Program-made: the position numbers and the translations under genes
The notes under the pieces: model-generated
Databases searched by the model: none
What the model saw: only the letters and a program-made list of their open reading frames with translations
What the model was told of the DNA's origin: nothing
Part shown: in pieces, positions 26,106-37,117 of the stretch
Layout: each line of letters opens with the position of its first letter
Numbering within the stretch: position 1 is the first letter of the stretch
Assembly: GCA_973895155.1 (NCBI GenBank)
Contig: OZ316896.1
Span: 4,655,925 to 4,719,924 of the forward strand
DNA from: Marsupella aquatica
Taxonomy: Eukaryota > Plantae > Marchantiophyta
Direction of reading: 5' to 3'
DNA length: 64,000 nt

Positions 26106-27626
26106 TCACCGACATTGAGGACAAAACCATGATCCGCTAGGAATCATGTGCAAGGGTGGTGTCAAACACGACATGTGCCATCCTCTAGAACACCTATCAC
26201 AAATCAACATAGTAGCTGCTTCCTGAGCAGACCCACACAACATACACTTCAAGCTAGCACGAACATGTGCCAAGCTTGGATCCACAGTGCCATCAATGTT
26301 TGGAAGGTGACATGGCGCACAATTACGCACATGATCCTTCCAAACCATACCATCACGCCCTTCCAACATAAGGACTCCAGAAGGCAACACTTCACGCACA
26401 CGCAAGATTGTCCGCCTTGCAGTCACATCAAGCGTTGTTGGTGCTGTCTGCTACAAATAAACATAATCGCCAGGATGAAATCTCCTAATCTTCGTGCGAT
26501 AACCTCCTCCACGAATAGTAGCATATCGCAAAGTATCACGATGCTGGGCAATAGCAAGGTTGTCAAAGGCCATGGGCATGACTCTCTCAAAAACTCGTGC
26601 CCTCTCTGAACAAACATTTACCCAAATATCTGGATCATCCAAATCCACAATAGTTGCAACATCACGACGAATAGCCGCTGGCAAATCTGGCTCTCTACCA
26701 TAGAGCAAGAAATAGGGTGAGAAGGACGCAAGTGATGCTTGTCGACTGAAACGGTAGCCCATAGCTAACCAAGGTAGTTGGAGATCCCAGTCTCCCAAAT
26801 TACCAACCTGTAAGCCATACTTGCGCAATCCTCTCTTCACAGTTTGTACAACTCTCTCTGCCAATCCATCTGCCTCAGGATGATCGCGAGAAGTAGTACG
26901 ATGGTCAATCAGAGCTTGCTCACACAAACTCTCAAAATCTCCACGGAATTCCGTGCCCTGATCAGTCAACACCTCAGCTGGTGCTCCAAAGTGACTGAGT
27001 ACTCGATCCAGAAATGTGGTAGCCACTCCTCCACTAGCTTTATCTGGCAATGCCACTAGTTCAATCCACTTGGAGAAGTGCTCCACCATAACCAAAACAT
27101 AACGGTTATGTCATTGGGTGAGAGGCAATGGACCAGCAAAGTCCAAACTCCATCTGTACCCCAAACCCATGATTGGCAATGGATGCAACTGGGGAGTGGG
27201 AGCATTAAATGATGCCCTCACTCGATCACATACCACACACTTAGCTATCAGTTGCTGGACATGAGTGTGCATATCACGCCACCAATACTGTGTCTGCAAC
27301 AAGCTATAAGTGCGCTTGACACCAAAATGCCCTAACTCCTCGTGCGCATGTCGCACCAAATGTACTCGTTGTGATGGTTTTGGTACCACCAATACCTTAC
27401 CATCACGTAGTACTCTCAAAAGATGGCTTCCTTCCCATCGAAACCTCTTGGCTCTCTGTAGAACCCTGTCACGTTCCTTGGCATCAATACTGCCAACAAT
27501 AGAACCACTACGCAGATATTCCAACACTTTCACATCATTGTGAATATCTTGCTGTCCAAAAGTTACCTCACCAACATCCACATCTGAAGACTCATCATCT
27601 GCTTCATCCAATGAAGTAGAGTCCAC
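26106..27626 (-). pseudogene. Integrase (H2C2 zinc finger, DDE core) with C-terminal PHD finger
   Basis: AHEELGHFG...CVVC; WSLDFAG...LTDQGTEF...GLAERVV; CMLC...CDRCSRGWHMSCL...WFCPQC. Stops at 27111 and 26451. Confidence 0.9.
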
Positions 27627-27671
27627 AGAACCACTGCATGCTGGAACCCAACAAAGGAAGGCAGATGCATG

Positions 27672-29183
27672 TCATCCTGGCACCATCTCCTTATCTGATT
27701 CATCATGCCATCTGGCTCCAGTCTCATCCTCCTGACTGGTACATGGATTGCGGCTCAACCCATCTGCATCCAAATTCACCTTTCCAGGCCTATGCACCAC
27801 CTGGAAATCATACTCCTGTAACAACAATGCCCATCGTGCAAGCTTCCCTGTAAGCTTGTCAGACTCCATTAACCACTTGAGAGGCTGATGATCAGTGATC
27901 AAAGTGAAAGGATTACCAAACAAGTAACAGCGGAAGTGTGCCATAGCCCACACTGCTGCCAAACACTCTCCCTCATAAGAGCTATACTTAGCCTCTGCTA
28001 AATTGTTTGATCTACTGGCATATGTCACAACAAACTCATGTCCTTCATCATCTTTCTGAGTCAGCACTGCTCCAAGTCCTACTCCACTCCAATCAGTGTG
28101 TAGCTGAAATGGTCTCCCTGAAATGGGTCTTCTCAAAATAGGGGATGATGCCAATCTTTCTTTCAACTCCTGAAAGGTATGCTCCTGATCATCACCCCAA
28201 ATCCATTCCTGATCCAACTTAGTGAGTATGGTCAAAGGTTTAGCAAGCTGGCTAAATCCTTTAACATACCTCCTATAGTAGCTCGCCAATCCCAAGAATG
28301 CACGAACTCTACTCACATCAGTAGGACGAGGAATCTGTGTAATGGCCTCCACTTTAGTCTGTTGTACACCCAATCCCCCTGGGTATATAGTGTGGCCCAA
28401 ATACTCAATCTGTTCTTGGAAGAACTTACACTTGCCGGGATGGAGCTTCAATCCATGTTCCCTCAATCTCTCAAACACAATCTGCAAGTGTCGTTGATGT
28501 TCTTCCACAGTAGAAGAATAAACCAAAATATCATCAATATAACATCTGACAAAATCCAGACCTGCAAGGATTCGATCCATGACTCTCTGGAACTCAGCTG
28601 GTGCATTCTTCAACCCAAATGGTAAGAACAACCACTGATACAAACGATCCTTGCCATAAGAATCAATTCCCCAGAATGCTGTCTTGGACCTGTCAGAATG
28701 TCTGATTAGAAGCTGATGGTACCCTGCCCTCAGATCCAATGAACTAAAAACCTTTGCATGCCCCACTGCATCAAAGATCTCCTCAGGTGTGGGCATGGCA
28801 TATCGATCAGATTTTGTCTGACGATTAATAGGTCGGTAATCACCACACATACGCCTATCCGTGTAATTACCATGCACATCCTTCTTGGTTGGCATCACTG
28901 TGGCAGATGCATACTCCCTGTATGAGATCTCCACCAAACCAGCCTCCAACAAATCTTGAGTTTTGCTCTGAATCAAAGCTCTTTCCATGTCACTATAACG
29001 ATATGGTCTACGAAAGATTGGCGCATCACTAGCCAATTCAATCTGAATACCAGGGCCCTTCAATGTCCCCAAATCCTTCATGCTGAATGCAAAACAATTC
29101 CAATAACTCTTTAGGAATTGATGCATGCGACGTCTCTCCTCCCCTGTCAACTTAGGACCAATCTGTGGCTCCCAACTCTCCAC
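27672..29183 (-). CDS. Reverse transcriptase and RNase H (gypsy type)
   Basis: RMCGDYRPIN, LDLRAGYHQ, LPFGLKNAP, YIDDILVYS, LHTDWS, EGECLA, TDHQPL, ADGLSR. Confidence 0.95.
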   Translation of the reverse strand: MESWEPQIGPKLTGEERRRMHQFLKSYWNCFAFSMKDLGTLKGPGIQIELASDAPIFRRPYRYSDMERALIQSKTQDLLEAGLVEISYREYASATVMPTKKDVHGNYTDRRMCGDYRPINRQTKSDRYAMPTPEEIFDAVGHAKVFSSLDLRAGYHQLLIRHSDRSKTAFWGIDSYGKDRLYQWLFLPFGLKNAPAEFQRVMDRILAGLDFVRCYIDDILVYSSTVEEHQRHLQIVFERLREHGLKLHPGKCKFFQEQIEYLGHTIYPGGLGVQQTKVEAITQIPRPTDVSRVRAFLGLASYYRRYVKGFSQLAKPLTILTKLDQEWIWGDDQEHTFQELKERLASSPILRRPISGRPFQLHTDWSGVGLGAVLTQKDDEGHEFVVTYASRSNNLAEAKYSSYEGECLAAVWAMAHFRCYLFGNPFTLITDHQPLKWLMESDKLTGKLARWALLLQEYDFQVVHRPGKVNLDADGLSRNPCTSQEDETGARWHDESDKEMVPG

Positions 29184-29231
29184 CAGATCCCTAATATCTT
29201 TTTGTAGGGTAGAAGAGATAGCCGATGATTG

Positions 29232-30764
29232 CTATTTAGCAGTAGATTGAGCAGTCCCTTCCTGCTCAACAATCTGTCCAGCCTTGGCCAATCCTGCCAT
29301 AGGTCCATGGACTGCCTGCTCGCCCCCAACTGTGGTCATCATTGTCTCAGTGGACCGCAAGCTCACTAATGGACGATTAGTAACACCAGCAGAGCGCATC
29401 CGCAACTGTTCAGCTACTCCCAAGCTGATAATCCAAGTCAAGCAATTCAAATCCATGGCTTGACCAAGGACTTGGCGGCGTGAACTCTCTAACACCGAGG
29501 CAACTGCAGTAGTGCCTGTCAAACATCCCATAGCATGCTCTCTTTCATCAGCAGTAGGCTCCACTAATTGCTGTAGGGTTGTATCCCATACAAGTCCAGG
29601 CCCACCTGCTCTAAATGCATATGAAGCAGAATGGCTCACAAAAGTGGGTAATGCACAACGCGGACGACCAACTACATTGACCACTGCCAATGGAGATCTG
29701 TCAGACTAGGTCACATGTTGTGCACAACGCCCTGGATCCAAAATATCATCCACCACCAAGGATGTTGAGCGAGGAATGCTATCAAATGCTCGCTTCAACA
29801 CTTCAGAAGGTAACAAATTAGTCCACCACAAGCGTGGACGATGTGCACGAGAACCCACACGTGCAGCATCCAATAATACAGCAGGTCCAATCCAAGATCT
29901 GACCTGATGTACACTAGCAACAAGTCGATGACGCTCATCACCCAATAGTGGCACATTCTCCAAAATGTAGGCAGGGGAATGTGTTTGGTGTAACTGGAGA
30001 TGACGCAATACCCGTAACATCTCCCAAAACAATGCAAAGCGTGGATCATGAAGTCCATGTCCAACTCCAGCTCTTGATTGGCCTTGACATGGCCAACCAG
30101 CAATCACCAAATCAATGGGGCCAACGCGATCCAAATGATCCGCCCTCAGCAATGAAATATCAGCCGGCAATGCATGCTGATAGCCACGAACAGCATCCAC
30201 TGGCAACAACTGTGGATAACGGTCTACCAACATAGCCACATGGCGCAATGAGACTCTCCGTGTTGTCTCATCTGTCTCCACATACAAGTATCGACGCACA
30301 GGAATTCCTGCCTGAAGAATAGCAACCAATCCAGTGCTAATTCCACCAAATAGATCAAGCAAACAAATACCCTCTGGTGGATACTGCCATGCAATAGGAG
30401 TGGTATCCAATGGTGAAAGAGTCATTGGCCCACTTGTAGGAGATTGCTCTGCTCCTGACTGTGGTGTAAAAGCATGACGCCATGCATCATGTACCAATTG
30501 TGCTGCCCTCTGCGGCAAGGCTTGTGCAGTACCCCATACTGGTGGCACAACACTAGTTGGATTGGGATCATCCCAATCCAGGTTGCTCCTTCGCACCATC
30601 TGCTCCTCATGTGACTCCTCCACTGATGGAACATCTGCTGCATGTGCATTACCCTCCATCAAATCATCAGGACCAGTGATCACACCATTGAAGGCTGCCA
30701 AAGACAATAGTGTGGGTTTAGGGCCTCCCACAGGTCCACTAAATCGCACTGGCAACCTGCTCAA
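29232..30764 (-). pseudogene. DNMT3-like C5-cytosine DNA methyltransferase inside pol
   Basis: Motif I LLDLFGGIS, IV AGWPCQ, VI ILENV, VIII AHRPRLWWTNLP (compare DNMT3 AHRARYFWGNLP), X-like VLGQAM; in-frame TAG at 29706. Confidence 0.88.
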
Positions 30765-33224
30765 TCAAGCATCTCCTGACTGCCAATCAGGTCTGTATGA
30801 CACTGATTCATCCCAAAAATCAAGAATAAATCCCATGGGGTATAACACTGTACATCCCACCAACACGTCATAGGACTCGGCCTTAGTCAAAATAGCTTGT
30901 GCCTGTATGTGGGAGCTATCCTTGGCATGACCCTCCTGAATCCTCAATTCAAGTGGTCGTCTGGTGATGTGTTGTGTGGGTGTAGGTCCCCCCAATGAAG
31001 TCTGAATAGGAAAGGGACACTCCTCCAGATCATCTGGACGCAATGCCAATCCTTGTACTGCAGACTTACCCAACATCAAGGGCTGAGCACCAGTATCCAG
31101 TAACACTCTCTCTGGCTGGTATATGGCTCCAGTAGGCCCAACTAATCGGAAGATACCACTCCGATTATCCAATGACACAACACTAGGTTTAAACCTAGTC
31201 CTCTCAAATGCAGGGCGTGCTGGTAAATCCACCAACCTCGCTGCTGTTGCATGCCAGGTCTCGCTAGTAGCCGTAGGTGGCATGATCTTCATAGCTTCAA
31301 CACTGCAAGCTGCTTTTGCATGGGAAGCAACAACTGGAGTGTCCTCACAGAGTGTAGCTGCCAATCTGAACACTTCTACAGGACCAACTCCCAAGTTCAG
31401 CATGTTTGTAGCTGAAAATAATGGGGTGCGCACTATGGTAGTAGCCGCCCCCAGCAGGGTACCTGTCATCCCTGCTGCATCACTACCTGATTCTGCCAAC
31501 TTACCCACGTTAGGGTTTGTCCGAATCGGGTTCATAGAGGCAGTCTGAACTCCCGTCTGAACTGTCTCTGACAATGTAAAAGACTGAGGAAGCTTTGTCT
31601 GACGACGTGCATCCCCCCTCTGTGGATCTAGGTCCACTACTGCTCCTCGGGGCTCAAGAGCTTTTGCTGCCCCACGCGTCAAAGCTGTTGATGCATCAAT
31701 GTGTGCAGTGCCACACATGAATCCCATGGTGGCAAGATCTCCATCAACCCCATAAGATGTGGAAGCTCCATAGGATGTAGAAGCCCCATCACCAGAAGCA
31801 GGTCTCACCTGAGAACTAGCCATAGCAGCTAGTTGTTGCTCCAATTGAGCAATCTTAGCATCCTTAGGATCTGTGGTCACAGCAGGAGCAACCTGACCTC
31901 CCTGCCTTGCTACATGTGGCATACCTCGGCCACGACCACCACCTCTACCTCCTCTTCCCTGATCATGTGTGCGTTGTCCTCCTCTCCGTAACTCGGGATG
32001 GAGTGAGAAACACCTATCCTTGGTGTGTCCAGGAGCTCCACAATGATCACACTGCCGCTGATCAGGTGCTGAGGCCCCTCCTGACCCTCTAGGATCAGGG
32101 CAATACCGCTGCGCATGATCCCCACCACAGGTCCAACATCCTGATTGTTGTCCAGCATAGGAAGGCACAGGTCTCTGACTGGTAGACTCTCGTGCAGTAG
32201 GCTTCTCCCTCTGGCTCTTCCGTGCAACAGGCTGTGGTGTGGATGTAGATGCAGCCTTGGGTGCTTCCTTGGCAAATCCGGAAGTCACCACCTTCTCATT
32301 CACCATATTGAGCTCAATTCGCTCAGAAAGTGTAAAAACAACTGCCAATGTGGGATCTGCATCCCTAAGCAGAGTGACATCTCTCACTCTACGTCGCAAT
32401 TCTCTATCCAGAATTGCATACCAAAATTGGACTGCTTGAGCCTCTGTCACTCCCTTGGTGACAGTGATCAATCTGCGCATACGAGTGTATGCCTCACGTA
32501 GACTCTCTCCAGTCTTGCGCTGAAACTCCTAGAGACCCTTCAACTTATCAGTCCTCACACCCTAATAGTTTTGCTTTAATACTTCAAAGAACTCCACCAC
32601 AGGGTTAAATGTTGGCGTGACTCCAACCCCTGTCACAATCGCACTGGTAGGAGTAGCGGTGGATGTTGTTGGAGTGGTACTGGTAGATGGTGTGCCACTC
32701 TGGCTAGTGCTGCTAGAAGAAGCAACAGCTGTAGCAATGGGTTGGGCAGCCGCTCTAGTGCCATAGGTGATGGACACATAATTAGGTGACCAATGCTGCC
32801 TCCATGCCTCAATCTCAACCAAATGAGCCTTCCGAAACTCATGGTAATCATCCATGGGTGGCCCCTCCAAATGCTGAAATAATCCCTTCCATGCCATGAA
32901 AGGGGTAAACAACGTGGCATTACGCAATGACTGCATGTCGCACCACGTATCAAACTCCTGGATGAAGTCATCCAGATCAATCGTGCCAACTGCACCAGAG
33001 TATCATCGTGGGCCCTTTGTAGCCCTGTACATCTCTTCCATATCCCACAACAAAGGTGCAATCACCTGATGACAAGGAGAATTGGTCACAGAGTCCTCGT
33101 CAGAATCACTATCTGAAGCTGCACTTGCAACTGCTATCAATGTTGTTGGCCGAAATGGCACCCCACTTCGAGTGAAACCGGTCCTCTGTCCCTCGGACAG
33201 TTCCGTAGCACCCGAAGAATCCAT
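30765..33224 (-). pseudogene. Gag (two CCHC zinc knuckles) and aspartic protease
   Basis: CWTCGGDHAQRYC, CDHCGAPGHTKDRC, LLDTGAQP; upstream gag fragments are broken by TAG stops and a frameshift. Confidence 0.85.
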
Positions 33225-33781
33225 GATGACAAATCTGCCCTAAATCATCACCATCACCTTCATAATAGGCTTCACAATGCCCCAAGGTTGTAGCTAAGAA
33301 TCCATGCAAAATTAATCCAATCTATGCATCTAGATGGATTCAGAAGTATAAAAAACCTCCAAGTAGCATCTAATTTGGCCCAGAACAGGTCTCTAGACAA
33401 ACTAATAAGTGTATAAAGCCCCCTGGCCCTTTAACTTAGACAACAAGTTGTGAAAACTTGTGTGTACACTACATGCCATAAGAACCCCATGGTTAAGCAC
33501 GCGTAGGAGGAATAGCTTTGGGATGGGTGACCTCCCCCTTGGAGTTATGCACCAACTTAGGCACTCCAAACCAACCAATTGTCAACTACTCCTCACGTAC
33601 CAACAAGCTACCTTGCGGCCCGCTCCGGTCTGGCTCCTGTTCCGTCCTCACGCCCCTCGTCATGAGTCGCCTTGAAACGCGAGATGAGCCTAAGGGAGCC
33701 CTTCACACCCGCCACACTTCGCTACGTCGGGGTGAACCTCCAATTCAAATCCATTCAATAGTCATCCGGACGCCCGGTCCA

Positions 33782-34230
33782 CAAGTTGGAGTGGGATGAT
33801 CCCAGTCCAAGTCCTTCACATCCTCTACACAGGTGAAGTCGCCAAGATACAGTTGGATTGGGTTGATCCTAATCCAAATCCACTTCAAGGTCCAGATGAG
33901 GTCTCTGGACACGCCAACATACAGTTGGATTGAGATGATCCTAATCCAATTTCACCTTCGCCCAAAATCAAGTCTCCAACGTTGTCAATGTACAGTTGGA
34001 TTGGGATGATCCCAGTCCAACTTCAACTTCAAGTCCAAATGGGGTCCGAAGTTACCAATGTATAGTTGGATTGGGATGATCCTAGTCCAAATCCAACTTC
34101 GAGTCAAAATGCGGTCTCAAGAGACAACCCACAATTGGACTCGGATGATCCCAATCCAAATCCAACTTTGAGTCAAAATGAAGTCTCAAGAGACAACCCA
34201 CAATTGGACTCGGATGATCCCAGTCCAAAA
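33782..34230. repeat. Array of 7 hairpin motifs (TTGGATTGGGATGATCCCAGTCCAA-like), period ~70 bp, in the retroelement 5' leader
   Basis: Copies near 33786, 33853, 33925, 33996, 34066, 34135 and 34204. Confidence 0.85.
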
Positions 34231-34796
34231 CAAGGCGCGCCACAAAACACGCCGCAATTCTCGGACCAAAACACTGTTCAACAATATTGTCGTTTTCCTT
34301 GTGCCCTAGGTCGCCGCCGCACCTCGTCGCAACGCGGACTCCATCGTGACGCCGACAACGCAATTCACCAACATTTGATTGTCACTTTCTTCGTAAAAGT
34401 GTACTATCCATCAACGAATCTCAAATCCACAATAGTCTTTGCGATGCTGCAACGCAATCGATAAGGACTAGAACTCCAAAAACACAATGTAGCAACTACC
34501 ACTTGAGGCGCCTTCTGATCTTCGATCAATCCCTCATTGCCATAGCTTCGAGAAGCTCCAAATGTCAATCCGGTAATCAACTCCAGAGAGAACTTCAATG
34601 AACAAACTATCAGAGAGCTTCAAACAGCACCACGCTGTACTCTCAGAGCAATCAATAGCTCACAATCTCCAATCTACCAACGGCTGATCTGACTTGAGCT
34701 ACCACAAGTCAACCAGCAAGATCTCAACAATCCAAGCTACCATGGATCAACTCTGCAATACAGCAAGCTTCGAAACAACTTCGAATCAACTTGCAG

Positions 34797-34810
34797 TCAT
34801 CTTTCAATGT
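34797..34810 (-). promoter_or_regulatory. Putative self-priming primer-binding site (Tf1-like)
   Basis: 14-nt perfect inverted match to 34986-34999 inside repeat B; abuts the repeat border; no TGG tRNA-type PBS here. Confidence 0.7.
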
Positions 34811-35139
34811 AATCTTTTCTGGATGAAATCAAACAACGATCAGTGCTAATCCAACAACGATCCTGTCCGACACGATCACACATATATGTCAAGCCCAACG
34901 CACCTTGTGCTTCAAGGAATCCACGTTACTTGCACACAACCTGGTCAGCCACACCATAGCCACCAAGCTCATGCTCAAAGGCTCAACATTGAAAGATGAG
35001 GCCTTTGAGCCAACACAAGGGGATAACTATCCCTCACACCAACTCAAACTAAACACAAAGTGCTCATATAGCACACATACAAAACCTCTATACCCTGGAT
35101 AATACGATATACTTTACTACCACTCTAAATGGTGTGACA
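34811..35139. repeat. Terminal repeat B (5' end of the retroelement)
   Basis: Matches 25484-25812. Confidence 0.92.
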
Positions 35140-37117
35140 GCTATCATACCTGGAGATATGAGTCCATCCATCGTCCAAAGGAAGTGTTATGCCTTATTCA
35201 TGATAAGATGGATCATTCAAAGACAGCTCTCCCAAGAATGCCCTTCAATCCTAAGCATGTGGATGGTGCCCAAAAGTTCTCAATTACTGTCACTGGTATC
35301 CTTACTCATGGTCATGGTCCCAAGGCCATAGCCCAATATCATGTTGGAGTGTGGCCAGGTGATGTCAACATCACTATTGGGTCAATTGATTCAATACTAA
35401 GGATGTTGGAAAACCCAAATCCAATGATCAAATCACTTGTGGAGGGGCCAGACTCGACAAGTCTTTTTAAAGACCTCCTTTTTGGGAGAGCAGATATCTT
35501 GGAGGCAAGTGTCCTTAGAGCATTTGAGGATGACATTGCCTACATCTCAAGCCTAGGTACTTTACTCACAATCCTTTAATTTATTATTATTTAATAATAT
35601 AGGCTCACACACACTGACACTCTACTTTGTGTAGTTGTTGCTCCTCCTAGCCAAGGTTTCATTAATAGGGTTTAAACCCTAAACCCTAAATTGGGGTTTA
35701 GGGTCTGACTAGGGTTTTATTTAAAAGCATTCTGAGATTGTTACATTGTGATGCATCACCTAAGGCACCAAAGTTCAGGCCCCTTCCACGAGTATTGAAG
35801 CTACAACTGGATAATTGTGCCTCAGACAACAAGAACAGATATATGATGGCTTATTTGTCATTGTTGACGGCAAGGGAGGTGTTTGAAGAGGTTCATCTTG
35901 GTTTTATGGTGGTTGGGCATACTCATGAGGACGTTGACGGTATGTTCGGGCATTTTTCAGAGTCTATGATGCATAACCCCACATACTCATTGCCTGAGTT
36001 AATGTCCTTGTTCATGAGAGCAAGGACACCCAATGCAGTCCCAGATTTCAAAAAATACTTAGCTCCATTCATGTTGAAGGGCCCTGAGGCATTGGTGGGG
36101 CATTTAAAACCCAGGCAGTTTAGGTTCTATGTTCGTCATGATAGTATGCCATGCTTCCAATACAAAATGAAGTCAACTGATCAGGGATGGTTACCCAAGG
36201 AAGGTATTGAAATGTGGTCATGGAAAGATGACAAAAGTCCTCACATCCCAATTGGGGTGCCCAAACGGCTACCAATGATGGAGTTGAAAATGCTTCCTGA
36301 AGTGCTGACAGGGTTCTGAAGCATGTGTCATTCTTTGAGTTTATTCTAAAACAAACAAAAGAGGAAGAACCAAAGCGACGTTGGAAAACTCTCATCAATT
36401 ATTGGAATGACATTGTAGATACTGTACAGGGTGAGCAGGTGCAATATGAACCTGAAGGTGCACACAACTTGGAATACGGGTTTTGGCCTTTATCAATATG
36501 GAGAGAGCACGTTCCACCAGAATATCGAAATGTGGCATGTGAGTTGGAGGCAACAGTGGATTATGTGGGACCAGCAAAAGATAAACCTCCTGAGAGTTTT
36601 AACCCTAGGGTTGATGTTGTGAAGGGCTGTTATGTGTTGGTACGGCCGGACGACTCAGACCTGGATGTTTATCCCGTCCATATGGGGTTAGTTGTTACAG
36701 ATGTGGTAGAAGGACCAGTGAATGAACAAAACCTTCTTACTCATGTATGTGGCGTTGAGTGGTTTAGACCATTTATGGCAAAGAAGCAACGTGGTCAATC
36801 AGACTGGCAGCCAAGAGAGCGGTGGGCAGATTCTTGGGATAAGAAATGGGAACGTGATCCATCTCCAATATACAAAGAAGCTGAGACAATAGATGTTTCC
36901 TTTGCCTTGTGATGTTTCAAAGCACGCAAAGGACCAGTGACAGGGCTGGTAGGAATTCCAAAGAATGTTGCTGTCAAGGCAAGAGACTATCTCTTGACAT
37001 GCATAGCAAGTGACAAATCCTAGACAGTAATGAAGCATGTAGTTTAGCATACAGTTTAAAAGGCAACTCAGAATAGTAGTAGCCAGAGAACTCAAGTTTA
37101 GACAAGTCTTATCGTCT

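Larger units (their letters stand above)
25366..35139 (-). mobile_element. Ty3/gypsy LTR retrotransposon with DNMT3-like and PHD domains and split/permuted terminal repeats
   Basis: TGTCG...TGACA ends; GCTA duplicated at 25362-25365 and 35140-35143; domain order gag-PR-DNMT-RT-RH-IN-PHD. Confidence 0.93.
23874..37023 (+). pseudogene. Sola1-like DDD transposase (pieces 23874-25365 and 35144-37023), interrupted by a retrotransposon, with stops and frameshifts
   Basis: Two N-terminal Tnp1/En/Spm-like domains, FSKCTTC, then LIHDKMD / LQLDNCASDNKN / GFMVVGHTHEDVD catalytic motifs. Removing the retroelement and one GCTA restores the frame RMCY-HTWRYESIHRPKEVLCLIHD. Confidence 0.8.

Noticed and set aside
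33782-34230. CRISPR-like array of palindromic repeats with spacers
   Set aside because: The spacers resemble each other, the repeats are degenerate, there are no cas genes, and the context is a eukaryotic retrotransposon leader
25366-35139. DIRS/Ngaro tyrosine-recombinase element, suggested by the split repeats
   Set aside because: No tyrosine recombinase was seen; a DDE integrase, a protease, TG/CA ends and a target duplication are present
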